A stretch of 62,609 nt of DNA, counting the filler, from Nemertoderma westbladi (taxonomy: Eukaryota; Animalia; Xenacoelomorpha), in the NCBI GenBank assembly GCA_032718475.1. It is 4 parts of 4 records of this genome, joined end to end, with 100 filler letters (N's around TTAATTAATTAA, not from the genome) between each part and the next. Parts side by side here need not be neighbours in the genome. Positions count along the whole stretch, not along the records: positions 16,186 to 33,042 come from JAUCBJ010006789.1; positions 33,143 to 54,469 come from JAUCBJ010008080.1; 2 more parts are not named here. One strand, 5' to 3'. Positions 24,651 to 36,044 of the stretch are shown here, in pieces. The position numbers were made by a program, and so were the translations under genes. The notes beneath the pieces were generated by a model, which had not been told where the DNA came from, did no database searches, and was given only the letters and a program-made list of their open reading frames with translations. Positions within the stretch are counted from its first letter, which is position 1, and the number at the start of each line of letters is the position of its first letter.

Positions 24651-26560
24651 AAAGCAGCCGCTTGTAATGCATGTAACTGCTCTTTATCATTGAAACGACA
24701 CATGTATATACTCGCTGCACACAACTGCAATCACTACGATTTGCATTTTCTTTTGCAATTTGGATTTTGTAACAACAAATATTCCGATTGGGATATAAAG
24801 GTAATCCCTAAAAATTCTGAAAGGTATATTTCACTGAGTATACATATACCGGTGAAAGATCAAAAAACGAAAATCGAGCTACGTGTCTTAGACACATATC
24901 AATTTTTATCCTTTTCCCTAAGTACTTTAGTTGATTGTTCAACAAAGGATATAGACAGCGAGGATATAACATCAGTTCTACCAATTACTGAACAGCAAAT
25001 GAAATATTTTTATCCGAATTTAAATAATGCAACAATTAAACGAAAAGGTACATTTCCCTATGAGTATCTGACAGATTTAAATAAATTCAATGATTCGAAA
25101 TTACCATCAATAGACAAATTTTATAGTAAATTAACACAAAATACCTGTACACCCGAGGATTATAGTTTTGCCAATGCATCATGGAGTCAGTTTGACTGTT
25201 CAAATCTCAAGGATTATCTTTTAGCATACTTAAAACTCGATGTTTGTCTCCTCGCTGATATATTTGAGAACTTTAGGAGAGTATGTAGACAAAACTACGA
25301 ATTAGAAGTAGTTTACTATTGCAGTATCGCAGCTTTCACTTATGACCTGAAATACAATAAATGTAAGTTAGCATTAATAAAAGATTACCAAACATACAGA
25401 GATTTTGAAGCATCTATTAGAGGCGGGGTTTCATTCTGTCGAAAGCATTACATAGAATCAAATATACCCGAAACTGATATTATGATCCAAGCAAGGAAGC
25501 GTGTCATATTTTCAATATAGATTTTAATTCCTTGTATTCGGGTAATTTAAGTAAAAAGCTACCTGTTTCAGGTTTTGAACAACTCAACGTTACATATTTA
25601 GAGAATGCTACTCCTGAACAACTAATGAACTATTTAACAAATCTTGATACTGAAGGGGATATTGGGTTTTTCTTAATTTGCGATTTGAAATATCCCAAAG
25701 ATATTCATGATCATACATTAGAACTACCCTTAGCCCCAGAACATTTAAGTATAAATGAAACAATGCTTTCACCATATATGAAAGATCAATTTAATAATGT
25801 ATGTAAACAAAGAGGTACTAATAGCAAGTATAAGATGTGTGCACCAAAACTTATTTATGTTGACACAATTCAATAAAGAATTTTATCATGTAAATTTAAA
25901 ACTGTTAAAATTTTATATAAAACAAGGTTTAATTGTTACTAAGCTACATAAATTGTATTCTTTCCATCAAGACTTTGTATTTAAACCCTATATAGATTTT
26001 AATATTAATCAAAGACGTTTAGCAAAAACTTATATTGAAACAGCTGTTGCAAAGCTGCTGAATAACTCGTTATTTGGTAAAACGATAGAGAAGATACGAG
26101 ATCGCTGTGATTTCCGTATTGATAATAGCAATGAGAAATGCGATCAATTGGTGAAACATATAAATCACAAAAATTTCATGATTTATAACAATTCCTTATT
26201 GGGACACTTATTAGTAAAAGGCAGAGTGACACTAGATAAACCCATTTATGTAGGTAGTACTGTCTTGGATTTGGCAAAACTTGATATGTATGAGCTGTAC
26301 TATGATAGATTACTACCTATTGAGAAAGAATTAAACTGCCGAATTGAAATTGTAGCATCAGATACTGACTCACTCATCGGATGTAGTAAGACAAAAAGAC
26401 GAGTTGTGCTCACGAGAGATTAAGGAAGCTGTATGTTTACGTCCAAAGTTATATTCAATTTTGGAATGGAATGAAACGAATATACGACGGGCGAAAGGAA
26501 TAACAAGAGCTGTAGTGGATAAAAAAATTTGCCACGAAGATTATTCACACAATTTTATAT
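24651..26560 (+). mobile_element. Polinton/Maverick-type protein-primed DNA polymerase B relic (frameshifted)
   Basis: ACNACN, HNCNHYDLHF (ExoII), KGTFPYEY, YLKLDVCLLADIFENFR (ExoIII), IRGG, DFNSLYS, KLLNNSLFGKT, SDTDSL, LRPKLYS, AKGI, in order across four frames. Confidence 0.9.
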
Positions 26561-28311
26561 CTCCACTCTCTAAACTGACTCTAACTTCACTTTAGCTCCA
26601 CTCTAACTCCACTCTACTCTATCTTACTCTCGGACCCTTCTGTCCCCTTACTCTGCCTCTTACTGCTCGCTCCGCACATTTGAATTGCACCCGTATACTT
26701 TCCACATGCGTCAACACCTCCTCTCACTATCTCCCTGTACTCCTGTACTCAACCCTTACTCGTTTCGCTCCACTCAGTTCTGACGAGCCTCAACCTCCCC
26801 TTCCGTGCCGTCGCACTCAAGAAGTGTGATTTGTCTAGTGTCTCGTCCTCCTGTCATAGTCAATTGGTCCCCAGTCCCAGTAGCTAGTTGGAAAAGGATA
26901 CATGACTATAGTACTTACTTTGATTATATTGATTCTAATTATACTCTATTGATTATTACATACGTACATACTAATTGCACTTTTGTTAAATTTGCACTTA
27001 GGAGTTCGTATTACTTTGCATGTGGTGCCTTCCAGGCATCCCCACATCTCCCCCTCCAAGTCCTAGTTTGCTCCTCCTGTCTTCGGGAACCATCTCAGTT
27101 CCTTCCCTCTGTTGTTGTCCTGTCTCGGTCGCTTCCTTGTTGTCGTCACTTCTTTGTTCTTATCCTCTTTAAGGCTCCTCATTCTAGCCGTTACCTTCTT
27201 ACTGATCCCTGTGGTCAATTCCTTGGGCGCTGGTGTTATTAGCTCCCGGTATCGCTTCGTAGGTGGCCCTTCCTAATGCCCCTCCTGCTTCCCCCTAGTA
27301 GCGTCCCACAAGATCATCTTCATGGTCCGCGGCACATGCTCCGCCAGGAAATCTCTGAACTCTCCCCTGTTCTCTGGCACCCATCTATCTAAATACCTCT
27401 GCGTATTGATCACTCCACAATACGATGCCGCTGTCGCTACTTCTTGATAAGTAAACGGAAGTCTCCGCTTAATGATTTCCAGGTGGGCCTCCTGGTTAAT
27501 ATTGAAGAAACCCCACCGGAACTCCTGGGCCTTCATTTTCTGCCACGTCATGACACCGACGTCGGCCCACTCCTCGAAGATCTTAAACTTCTCCTCATCG
27601 TCCATCCAGTCGCACTGGCACCCATAGTGCCCCCGGAAGTTACACTTAGAAAACCGGTTGTGCAACTGCGGACACACCCCCATCCTATGACTCGACTCGC
27701 GGCAGTAGAGGCAACTCATCCCCTTCTGGAATCAATACAAGCAGCTCTTTTCCTGGTGAGTAAGCCTCCCGCAGTTATCGCAGCCGTGTATCGACACATC
27801 CCGCCGCAAGTCGTCTTTTGCCCTAAGTGGTCTCCTAGGTCTATGGAGCCATTGGTAAGCAAACTTCTGGACGTTAACGTCTCTGTCCATGTCTACGTCC
27901 TCGTCTCGCCTCGGCATCGTTTCTCCAAACACTATCCGTGGTGCCGTTCCCGGTTGCTCGCCCAACCTGATGGTGCTCCCTGCGAAATCCATCACCGGCT
28001 CCTCATACAGCCAGGCCCGCTTGCCGGGTTTATCCCAGAAGGCCCTCGCCCCGCTGGCCATCACCACTCTCCCGCCAACCCAGTCAGTGTCTGAATGGCC
28101 GATCCTCTCGATGGGTGGCATCTCCCCGAACTCGTCGTCATCCTCATCCCCCGCTGGGAGTGGATCCAATCCCGGTATCCCGGGAGACCCACTGTGTCCC
28201 TTCCCACCTTGGCTCTTGCCCGTAACTTTCCATCCTTCCAGTTCTCTCGGTCTCTTTCTCGCGAAATCGCCCTCAGAGCCCGCTGGCATGGGCATCGCGT
28301 GCAATCCTGAT

Positions 28312-30511
28312 TAGGGTTCAACAGAAGGCACTTTATGGGGCCGAACCGAACCGAACCGAAGCAGGGCCAACTTCGGGCCGAACCGAACCGAATCCGAACC
28401 GAAGTTCTGAAAGTTAGCAAGTTATGGTCATCAATTCGTATTTACGTCACTATACTGGCTGACTGGCAGTGGCAGACTGGTACCTATTTGGTCTGTGGAC
28501 TTAGCGAGAAAGCTATGATTAATTAAAAAAATAAGTACTACAAAATAAAATGGCAATATTTACATTAGGCCTACTGTACATTACTAACCTAAACTACTGC
28601 TGTACTGTATACTTACTTTATGCATGCACTTACTGTATATGCACCACATTTTCACCCGTAGTAAGCCGTACAGTAGTAACATCAAATTTAAAAAACCTCA
28701 CTAAAAGTACAGGTAGTCTTTCCGTCTTTGTAATACTATTTATATGAGATAGTAGGTATATTTGGTATTATGTATCAAAGTTATGATTAATTAAAAATTA
28801 GGTACCGGTACTACAAAGTAAAATTGCAATATTTAGCCTAACCTAAACTACTATATAATTAAGCTAATTTTGAAACTACCCAAGTAACCTGTAAACAATT
28901 ACAAAAATAATGCCATTTAAATGGAAGTTCAGTCCAAAATTAAGGGTGTAAACGTTAAGCAGACAGTGGTGCAGACAGTGGTGCAGATTGCAGACACCTG
29001 GTGCGGCCAGTGGCAGTGGTGCAGACACTGGTGCAGACAGTGGTGCAGCGTGCAGACAGTGGTGCAGCGTGCAGACACCTGGTGCGGACAGTGGTGCAGA
29101 CAGTGGTGCAGACAGTGGTGCAGACAGTGGTGCAGACAGTGGTGCAGACAGTGGTGCAGACAGTGGTGCAGACAGTGGTGCAGACAGTGGTGCAGACAGT
29201 GGTGCAGACAGTGGTGCAGACAGTGGTGCAGACAGTGGTGCAGACAGTGGTGCAGACAGTGGTGCAGACAGTGGTGCAGACAGTGGTGCAGACAGTGGTG
29301 CAGACAGTGGTGCAGACAGTGGTGCAGACAGTGGTGCAGACAGTGGTGCAGACAGTGGTGCAGACAGTGGTGCAGACAGTGGTGCAGACAGTGGTGCAGA
29401 CAGTGGTGCAAACAGTGGTGCAGACAGTGGTGCAGACAGTGGTGCAGACACTGGTGCAGACACTGGTGCAGACAGTGGTGCAGACATTGGTGCAGACAGA
29501 CATGCCGACACTGGTGCAGACAGTGGTTCAGCCACTTCTGCAGACAGTGGTGCAGACACTGGTGCAGACAGTGGTTCAGCCACTTGTGCAGACAGTGGTG
29601 CAGACACTGGTGCAGACAGTGGTGCAGACACCTGGTGTAAATACCAGAGTACCACAAAACACAATACCACCAGGCACTATTATATTATATTTTATCATAG
29701 ACTTTATTATCTACAAATATGCGAGTAACTACTGAAAGGTTCTACATGAAGTAGGGAGGACGTATTGTAGTACAAGTCGAGGTGCTTGCGGGTGAATGTG
29801 CCCTGATTACAAATAATTATGAGAGGTGTGTACGAAAGTAATTAAGTGCAGACTGCACCAGGTGCCTGCACCACTGTCTGCACCAGTGTCTGCACCACTG
29901 TCTGCCCCAGTGTCTGCACCACTGTCTGCACCAGTGTCTGCACCACTATCTGCACCACTGTCTGCACCACCGTCTGCACCACTGTCTGCACCACTGACTG
30001 CACCACTGTCTGCACCAGTGTCTGCACCACTGTCTGCACCAGTGTCTGCAACACTGTCTGCACCAGTGTCTGCAGCACTGTCTGCACCAAGCTGCCAAGT
30101 GTCTGCACCACTGTCTGCACCAGTGTCTGCACCAGTGTCTGCACCACTATCTGCACTACTGTCTGCACCAGTGCGTGCACCACTGTCTGCACCAGGTGTC
30201 TGCACCACTGTCTGCATCTCTGTCTGCACCACTGTCTGCATCTCTGTCTGCACCACTGTCTGCACCACTGTCTGCTCTGCACCAGTGTCTGCTTAACGTT
30301 TACACTCCAAAATTAATTAGTACAACCTGACAACGATGGACAGATTGATTAGTCTTACTGTCTTCTGATCTTAGCTCAATCAGTCAATGTAATTTTTGGA
30401 ATATTTAGCAAAGTTTGCTCCGGGCTTCTGCAGTATCAATTGCAGAAGCCGAACCGAACCGAAATTGCCAAACTTCGGCCCGAACCGAACCGAAGCTTCT
30501 GTTGAGCCCTA
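28312..30511. mobile_element. Non-autonomous hAT-like element (2.2 kb) with 8-bp TSD
   Basis: ATCCTGAT|TAGGGTTCAACAGAAG ... CTTCTGTTGAGCCCTA|ATCCTGAT; subterminal (CCGAA)n clusters at both ends. Confidence 0.92.
28958..30292. repeat. 12-bp minisatellite (GGTGCAGACAGT)n in two oppositely oriented arms
   Basis: Plus arm about 28958-29637, inverted arm about 29850-30292; both flanked by inverted GTGTAAACGTTAAGCAGACA. Confidence 0.95.
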
Positions 30512-32319
30512 ATCCTGATGTCGACTGTTTTGGCGATTCTTCCGTCCATCCTAGCTCCTCCCCCAGAGACTCGCCCGAGCTCCCTGATCCCCACCGTAAC
30601 TCGTCCAAGTTCTGGGCCTCGAACCCGTATTCCTCTCCTCTAGCCTACGCCTCTCTTTCATCTGCCTCCCTCCTTTCTCGTCTGGCGATTTCTTCCAATC
30701 GCTTCGCCTCTAGTCTATCTGCCTCTAGCTTCTCCCACCTCTGATATGGTGTATCCACCTCCCTGTATACTAGATATCGGCAGTTGTAGTATACTGACTC
30801 ACCCTTCAGCCCCGGGTGGTCTGCCAGACCCTCGAAGGCCACCTTGAAGGCTCTTCTGTAGTTCAGGGGTGATCCTGACAGCAGAAACGCCGTTGGCTAT
30901 CTTCCAATAACCACGGCCATGAATAGGTTTAGTAAACCTATCATTATCCAATCCTCCTGCAGGATATATCGCTTCTGATATATCTTTATCGTTCCTCTCC
31001 GGAATTGATACACCTCCTGTTTCCCTGGCCTCGCTCCCCACTTTAACGAGTTCGCTAACTCCGCTCCGTACACCTCCCTGAATTTACCCCAGTCCATCGG
31101 ATTGTGGCAGATGAGCCCCATGAGCTGGCCCATCGCCACTGCTCCGCAATGTCCTGTGTTCTCTACTAATACCAACCCGGCTGGCCCTGTCTTGGCCGTC
31201 TGCATGTCCAGGAGGTTGGTGGTCTCCGGTCCGACGATCCTCTCCACATCGTCGCGGATCGCCGATCCCACCTTCATCATCGACTTCTCCCTTACTAGAT
31301 TCTGCACCGCCCTTGGCAACTGGATCAACTCCGGCCCGCTCTTCTTCCCATACGTTCCCAGATCGAACAGGAATATGTCCCCATTTGGTGCAGCCAAATG
31401 TAGAAATATGGTTCTGGCCGACCCCGCCGACCCTCTTCTCGAACCCTCGTCGTCTTCCACGGTCCCTTCGTCGTCTAGGACCATGTATCCTTCCCTGCTG
31501 ACGGGCTCTACGAGTCTCTTCCAGTCCTTTCTCGGTGGTTCCCTCGGATACTTCGGTATCCCGAACTTCGCCTCGTCTCCCTTCACTACGTAGTTGACGT
31601 AGCGACGGTATCCCGTAGGTCCCGACCAGCCGCCTCTCGTGCACCTCCCTGAAATGGTCCAGCAGTGCTCGCGCCTTGTGACCCTTCTCTAACCGCTCGT
31701 AGTATCCCCTCGTCTTCTCCTCCGGATGCCTCTGGGTGAAATCTACTAGTATCTCCTTTCCACCTCTTTCCGCCTTTCTCTTCCTGACAAGTCTCTCCGC
31801 CATTACAAACTCTCCCAATCGCTCACCCACAAGGTGGTGCCTTACCAAGGCTCAAATTAGATGAGTGATGTAGTTAGGAAGGTCTGTGCGGTCCGATAAT
31901 GGCCTATCTCTCTCAGAACACTTGGTTTTGTGTTATATTTTACCTATGTACCCCCCAAAGTGCTAAATTTTCCTAAATTCCCGGCATCTGTCAGTTGCTT
32001 TTATTATGTTCTAGAATTTTCTGCCTACTGTTACCATAATTTATTGAATTTTATTTGTAATACTAATTTTAATTCTGCTATTGTGCTATTAATACTCATA
32101 ATGGGTTATTTTGTCTAAATAACCCCTATGGTTTGCATACAGTGTAGACTAGCTATTCCCTACTGTGCTAGTCTGCACCAGGTAACCTCCTGGCCCTGTA
32201 TCAAACATTCTGACCTACTCTACGGGCTGTGCATTACAGTATTCTGTCTCGTGCGGCCTACACAGTCTGTCCTGCTGTACCCACGTGCCCCCCTCTCACT
32301 TCTTACTACTAACCCTACT

Positions 32320-32950
32320 AACTCTGTAACTCTACTAACTCTCTAACTCTTACTAACTCTCTAACTCTTACTAACTCTCTAACTCTTACTAACTCTCTAA
32401 CTCTTACAAACTCTCTAACACTTACTCCACTAACGGTACTATGTACCCTATTACCCTCTAACTCTTACTAACGGTACTACATACCCTCTTACATTCTAAC
32501 TCTAACTCTACTAACTCTAACTCTACTAACTCTCTAACTCTTACTAACGGTACCATGTACCCTCTTACTCTCCAACTCTTACTAACGGTACTACGTACCC
32601 TCTTACTCTCTAACTCTTACTAACGGTACTATGTACCCTCTTACTCTCTAACTCTTACTAACGGTACTACATACCCTCTTACTCTCTAAATCTTACTAAT
32701 GGTACTACGTACCCTCTTACTCTACTAATTCTTACTAACGGAACTATGTACCCTCTTATTCTCTAACTAACTCCACTAACGGTACTGCGTACCCTCTTGC
32801 TCTCTAACTCTTACTAACGGTACTATGTACCCTCTTACTCTCTAACTCTTACTAACTTCTACTAACGGTACTGTGTACCCTCTTACTCTACTAACTCTTA
32901 CTAACTTCTATCTGCCTACTTACTTACTACTACGTACTATCTACTATTAC
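32320..32950. repeat. C/T-rich tandem repeat (18-bp unit expanding to a 38-bp unit)
   Basis: ACTCTCTAACTCTTACTA, then ACTCTCTAACTCTTACTAACGGTACTATGTACCCTCTT. Confidence 0.9.
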
Positions 32951-32953
32951 TTT

Positions 32954-33042
32954 TGTTCGCGCTTTCAGACCTTTGGCAGTTTAACCCGCCAAATTAGGAT
33001 GTCTTCTAGATATTAAATCGCTTTTTAGCCTATGACAAATAT
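32954..33042 (+). mobile_element. Probable LTR 5' end running into the contig end
   Basis: TGTTCGCGCTTTCAGACCTTTGGCAGTTTAACCCGCCAAATT matches the reverse complement of 1-46. Confidence 0.55.
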
Positions 33043-33142
33043 NNNNNNNNNNNNNNNNNNNNNNNNNNNNNNNNNNNNNNNNNNNNTTAATTAATTAANN
33101 NNNNNNNNNNNNNNNNNNNNNNNNNNNNNNNNNNNNNNNNNN
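33043..33142. other. Artificial contig linker
   Basis: 44 N + TTAATTAATTAA + 44 N. Confidence 0.97.
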
Positions 33143-33599
33143 GTTGGAAAGCCCACTTTGAAAAGCTCCTCAATAATGACAGGGTATTGCCTGATAACTT
33201 TATAGAAGTAAAAGTGTCTCTTATCATTCTCAATATTAAATCATCAACTAATGGAAATGAATAGGTTAACAGTGACCGGTTATTCTAACCAAAACAATAA
33301 ACTAAAGTGCACAAAACAGATTACTGTTTAATTTTGGAGGGTAATCAGCTGTTATTTGCATCAATTCTCCACAGGAGAGGGATGAATCTTGTTTGCGTCG
33401 AAATCGACCACCCCACCTCTGGTATTATATTTGTTGTGGGAAGATCCAAACGAATGGATTTCAACCAAACCTACTTCCACCTCTAATATACATGTACTGT
33501 ACTGTACATTGTACAGTACAGTACCGTAAGTATACATTTAACATTTTACTAATACAGAAACAACTAATTAATTAATTAACTAATAAAGAAGCAACAAAC

Positions 33600-34630
33600 T
33601 AATTCAGGAAGCCAAGAACAAACAACGTCTCCAGAAACAGCCCAAGGTGGAGGAGGTGAGTGGGAAAGTGTCCGACTGTTTCCCCCCTGAACGAGTTCAC
33701 ACGATTGAGCGGGCTGCTTCGGAACGGACCTCAGGCTGGCTTACGGTCGCCCCAGTCTCACGTCACCACTTTGACCTGTCTGCCAACGAATTCCAGGATG
33801 GTCTTTCCCTCCGATATGGACGTCCCCTGGTTGGTGCCCCTGCGAGGTGTGATGGTTGCAGGGAAGTATTTACCACAACCCACGCGCTCGATTGCAAGAA
33901 GGGTGGCCTGGTAACCCTCCGCCACAATGAGGTTCGGGACATCCAGGGCGACCTTTTCAGTCTCACCTTCCCTGAGTCATGCATAGTGCGGGTGCCGGTG
34001 ATTCGTGAGTCCGACGAGGAGCATGGAGTGGTGGGTCTACGTGCAGACCTTTAGGTAAGGGGCTATTGGCAGCCACAGAGACGGGCATTATTCGATGTTC
34101 GGGTCGTTGACCCCGATGCCCCCTCATACGTGTCGCGTCCGACAGCCTCCATACTGATTGATGCTCAGCATGAGAAGAAGACGAAATACCACGACGCCTG
34201 TGCCCTTCGTCAGGCCGATTTTACCCCTCTTGTGGTAACGGTGGATGGCGTGATTGCCCCTGAGTACTCCATGGCGTTAAAGAGGCTGGCCGACAGGTTA
34301 CCCACGAAATTGGCAAAGCCTTACAGCTGTGTCATGGGATGGGTGAGGGCACGCCTCTCCTTTGGGGTCCTGAGGTCAACTTGTGCCGGCTTAAGGGCGT
34401 CGTCGAGGACAAAGTGGCGTAGTATTGCGGCAGAGGATGGCGCTGGAATCCACTTAGGTTTACGTATCTGAGACTGTATGGTGTAATGCGTATATGCCAG
34501 ATTACATCTCTTTATTTGCTAAACATGTCATATTTTCTACAGTTATTGTATTTTCAACTCTTTGGTGTTATAGTATACGAGTCTAATATAATTCAACCAG
34601 AAAAGAAATACAGAAACCATAATAAATAAA
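33600..34630 (+). mobile_element. 3' end of a CRE-like non-LTR retrotransposon (zinc knuckle and restriction-like endonuclease)
   Basis: SGWLTVAP...LSLRYG, CDGC...HALDCKKGGLVTLRHNEVRD, RADL*VRG...FDVRV, EKKTKY, FTPLVVTVDG; one in-frame stop; A-rich end near 34620. Confidence 0.85.
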
Positions 34631-36044
34631 GGATTTTTCGCCTAATTAGTTCATATTCATTATCAGTAAGACGGATCCGGCACCCTTCTACAGTAATATT
34701 TCACTAAAGAGGCCTACTCTCACCATCAGCACAGCTGAGTAACGCAATTGTCAAGGCACAAATCAGGAGCAGGAAATCCCCAAACTATACATCCATTCAC
34801 ACACGTTTTGCACCATGCAAGATTGTTGCAATGTTTGGTACAAGGCAAGTCATTGTCGTTGTATCTAAACAATAAAAATAAATATAGAATCATAACATTA
34901 CGTAACTGCTGTACTCCGTGTAGGCCTACTTTAATGGGGGGGGGGGGGAGTAGCACCCCCAAATTGAACCTCACATTTTTGTGTCTATATACCCTAAAAT
35001 TGGGTGAAAATTATTTTTTGTGCTACTAAACATCGTGTGGGCTGTTTAAGAATAGCCAAACCAAATATTTTTAAAATTGGCTCCAAAATGGCTCTGAATG
35101 ACCAAAAGTGCCTTTTTGCGCCAAGGGCTATTTCTCCACCAAAATTTGTTGAAATTTGTCGAAATTTAGAATATAAGTTCAGAAGACCCCTGGATCCAAT
35201 AATTCTGAACAAATTTTGCCTCAAATGTTCTGGAGCCTTTTTAGAACAAAAAGGCAAAAAAAGGTCCTGTTTCGATCCTTTTTGATATAAAAAGGCACCA
35301 TGGCAATTCCAGCCAAATTTGTTCAGAAGAGTTATGGACAAAGGTATTTTGAACAAGTGTAAAAATTTCAGCTCAGTTTCATTTCAAACTCAGCTCAGTT
35401 AAAATTGGCGGAGAAAATCCTTTTTCATGAAAAAAAGTCATTCTGAGATAAAGGTGTTTAAAAGTTTAAGGAACAATTCAAACCTTCCCGCTATTTTAGA
35501 TACCATTTTTCTTTGTTCAACGATAACTTTGTCAAAAATGAATGAAATTCAACGAAATTTGTTTTTATTGTATAATTTGTATATTATATTATACTGTATA
35601 TATATCATGTTATATATTTGTATATTATATATTAGTATATAGTGTAATTTGTCTTTGTTATAACACAATGTAAACAGTATAAACTCAGATGCTAAATCAG
35701 CTGGAGGAGAGTATATGTAACGTTATACTATACCTGCACTCTCTACTGTATTACTCTACCTTTGACGAAAACACCCCAATGTCAACATCCCAAAACAAAT
35801 TAAGTAAATGATAGTTAGTCGCACTGCCGAAGTCATCATTCCAGGAATTTGCTTTTAAACCTATGGATGTTTATAGATATTATATAAGCATTATCAGTTA
35901 GTCACGACGAAAACCGTCTAAGACAGCTCCTTCCTCATTGTGCCCATTTTTTCATTTTTGGCGTATATGTTGCTTTTTTTGCATTATATTTAAATGGCCT
36001 ATTTTATTATTTAGTAATCATTTACAACCAATCATCAATAACTT

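Larger units (their letters stand above)
27063..31803 (-). pseudogene. Interrupted, apparently intronless gene: DEDDy 3'-5' exonuclease, charged linker and three CCHC zinc knuckles
   Basis: Exonuclease motifs YMVLDDEG, LHLAA...LFDL, LPRAVQNLV...KVGSAIRDD, YQKRYILQED. Knuckles CDNCGRLTHQEKSC, CLYCRESSHRMGVC, FSKCNFRGHYGCQC. The ORFs at 31586, 30842, 30608, 28304 and 27719 share one frame once 28312-30519 is removed. Confidence 0.8.

Noticed and set aside
27444-28314. Plus-strand ORFs overlapping the exonuclease-knuckle gene (also 31102-31593)
   Set aside because: Antisense shadows of GC-rich coding DNA, with no recognisable motifs.
28876-30316. Repetitive proteins (SAPL, CRQW, GADS, VQTV repeats)
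   Set aside because: All six frames are open because the 12-bp unit lacks stops, and the array lies inside a TSD-flanked MITE.
27063-31803. Stop-codon reassignment or readthrough explaining the in-frame stops
   Set aside because: The stops are mixed TAG and TGA, and come with a probable frameshift, a Cys-to-Phe loss and a MITE insertion; ordinary decay is the simpler explanation.
32900-32953. (ACT)n-like end as a Polinton terminal inverted repeat enclosing PolB and the exonuclease gene
   Set aside because: No matching AGT-rich left TIR on the contig, and the boundary is explained by the TG-starting repeat at 32954.
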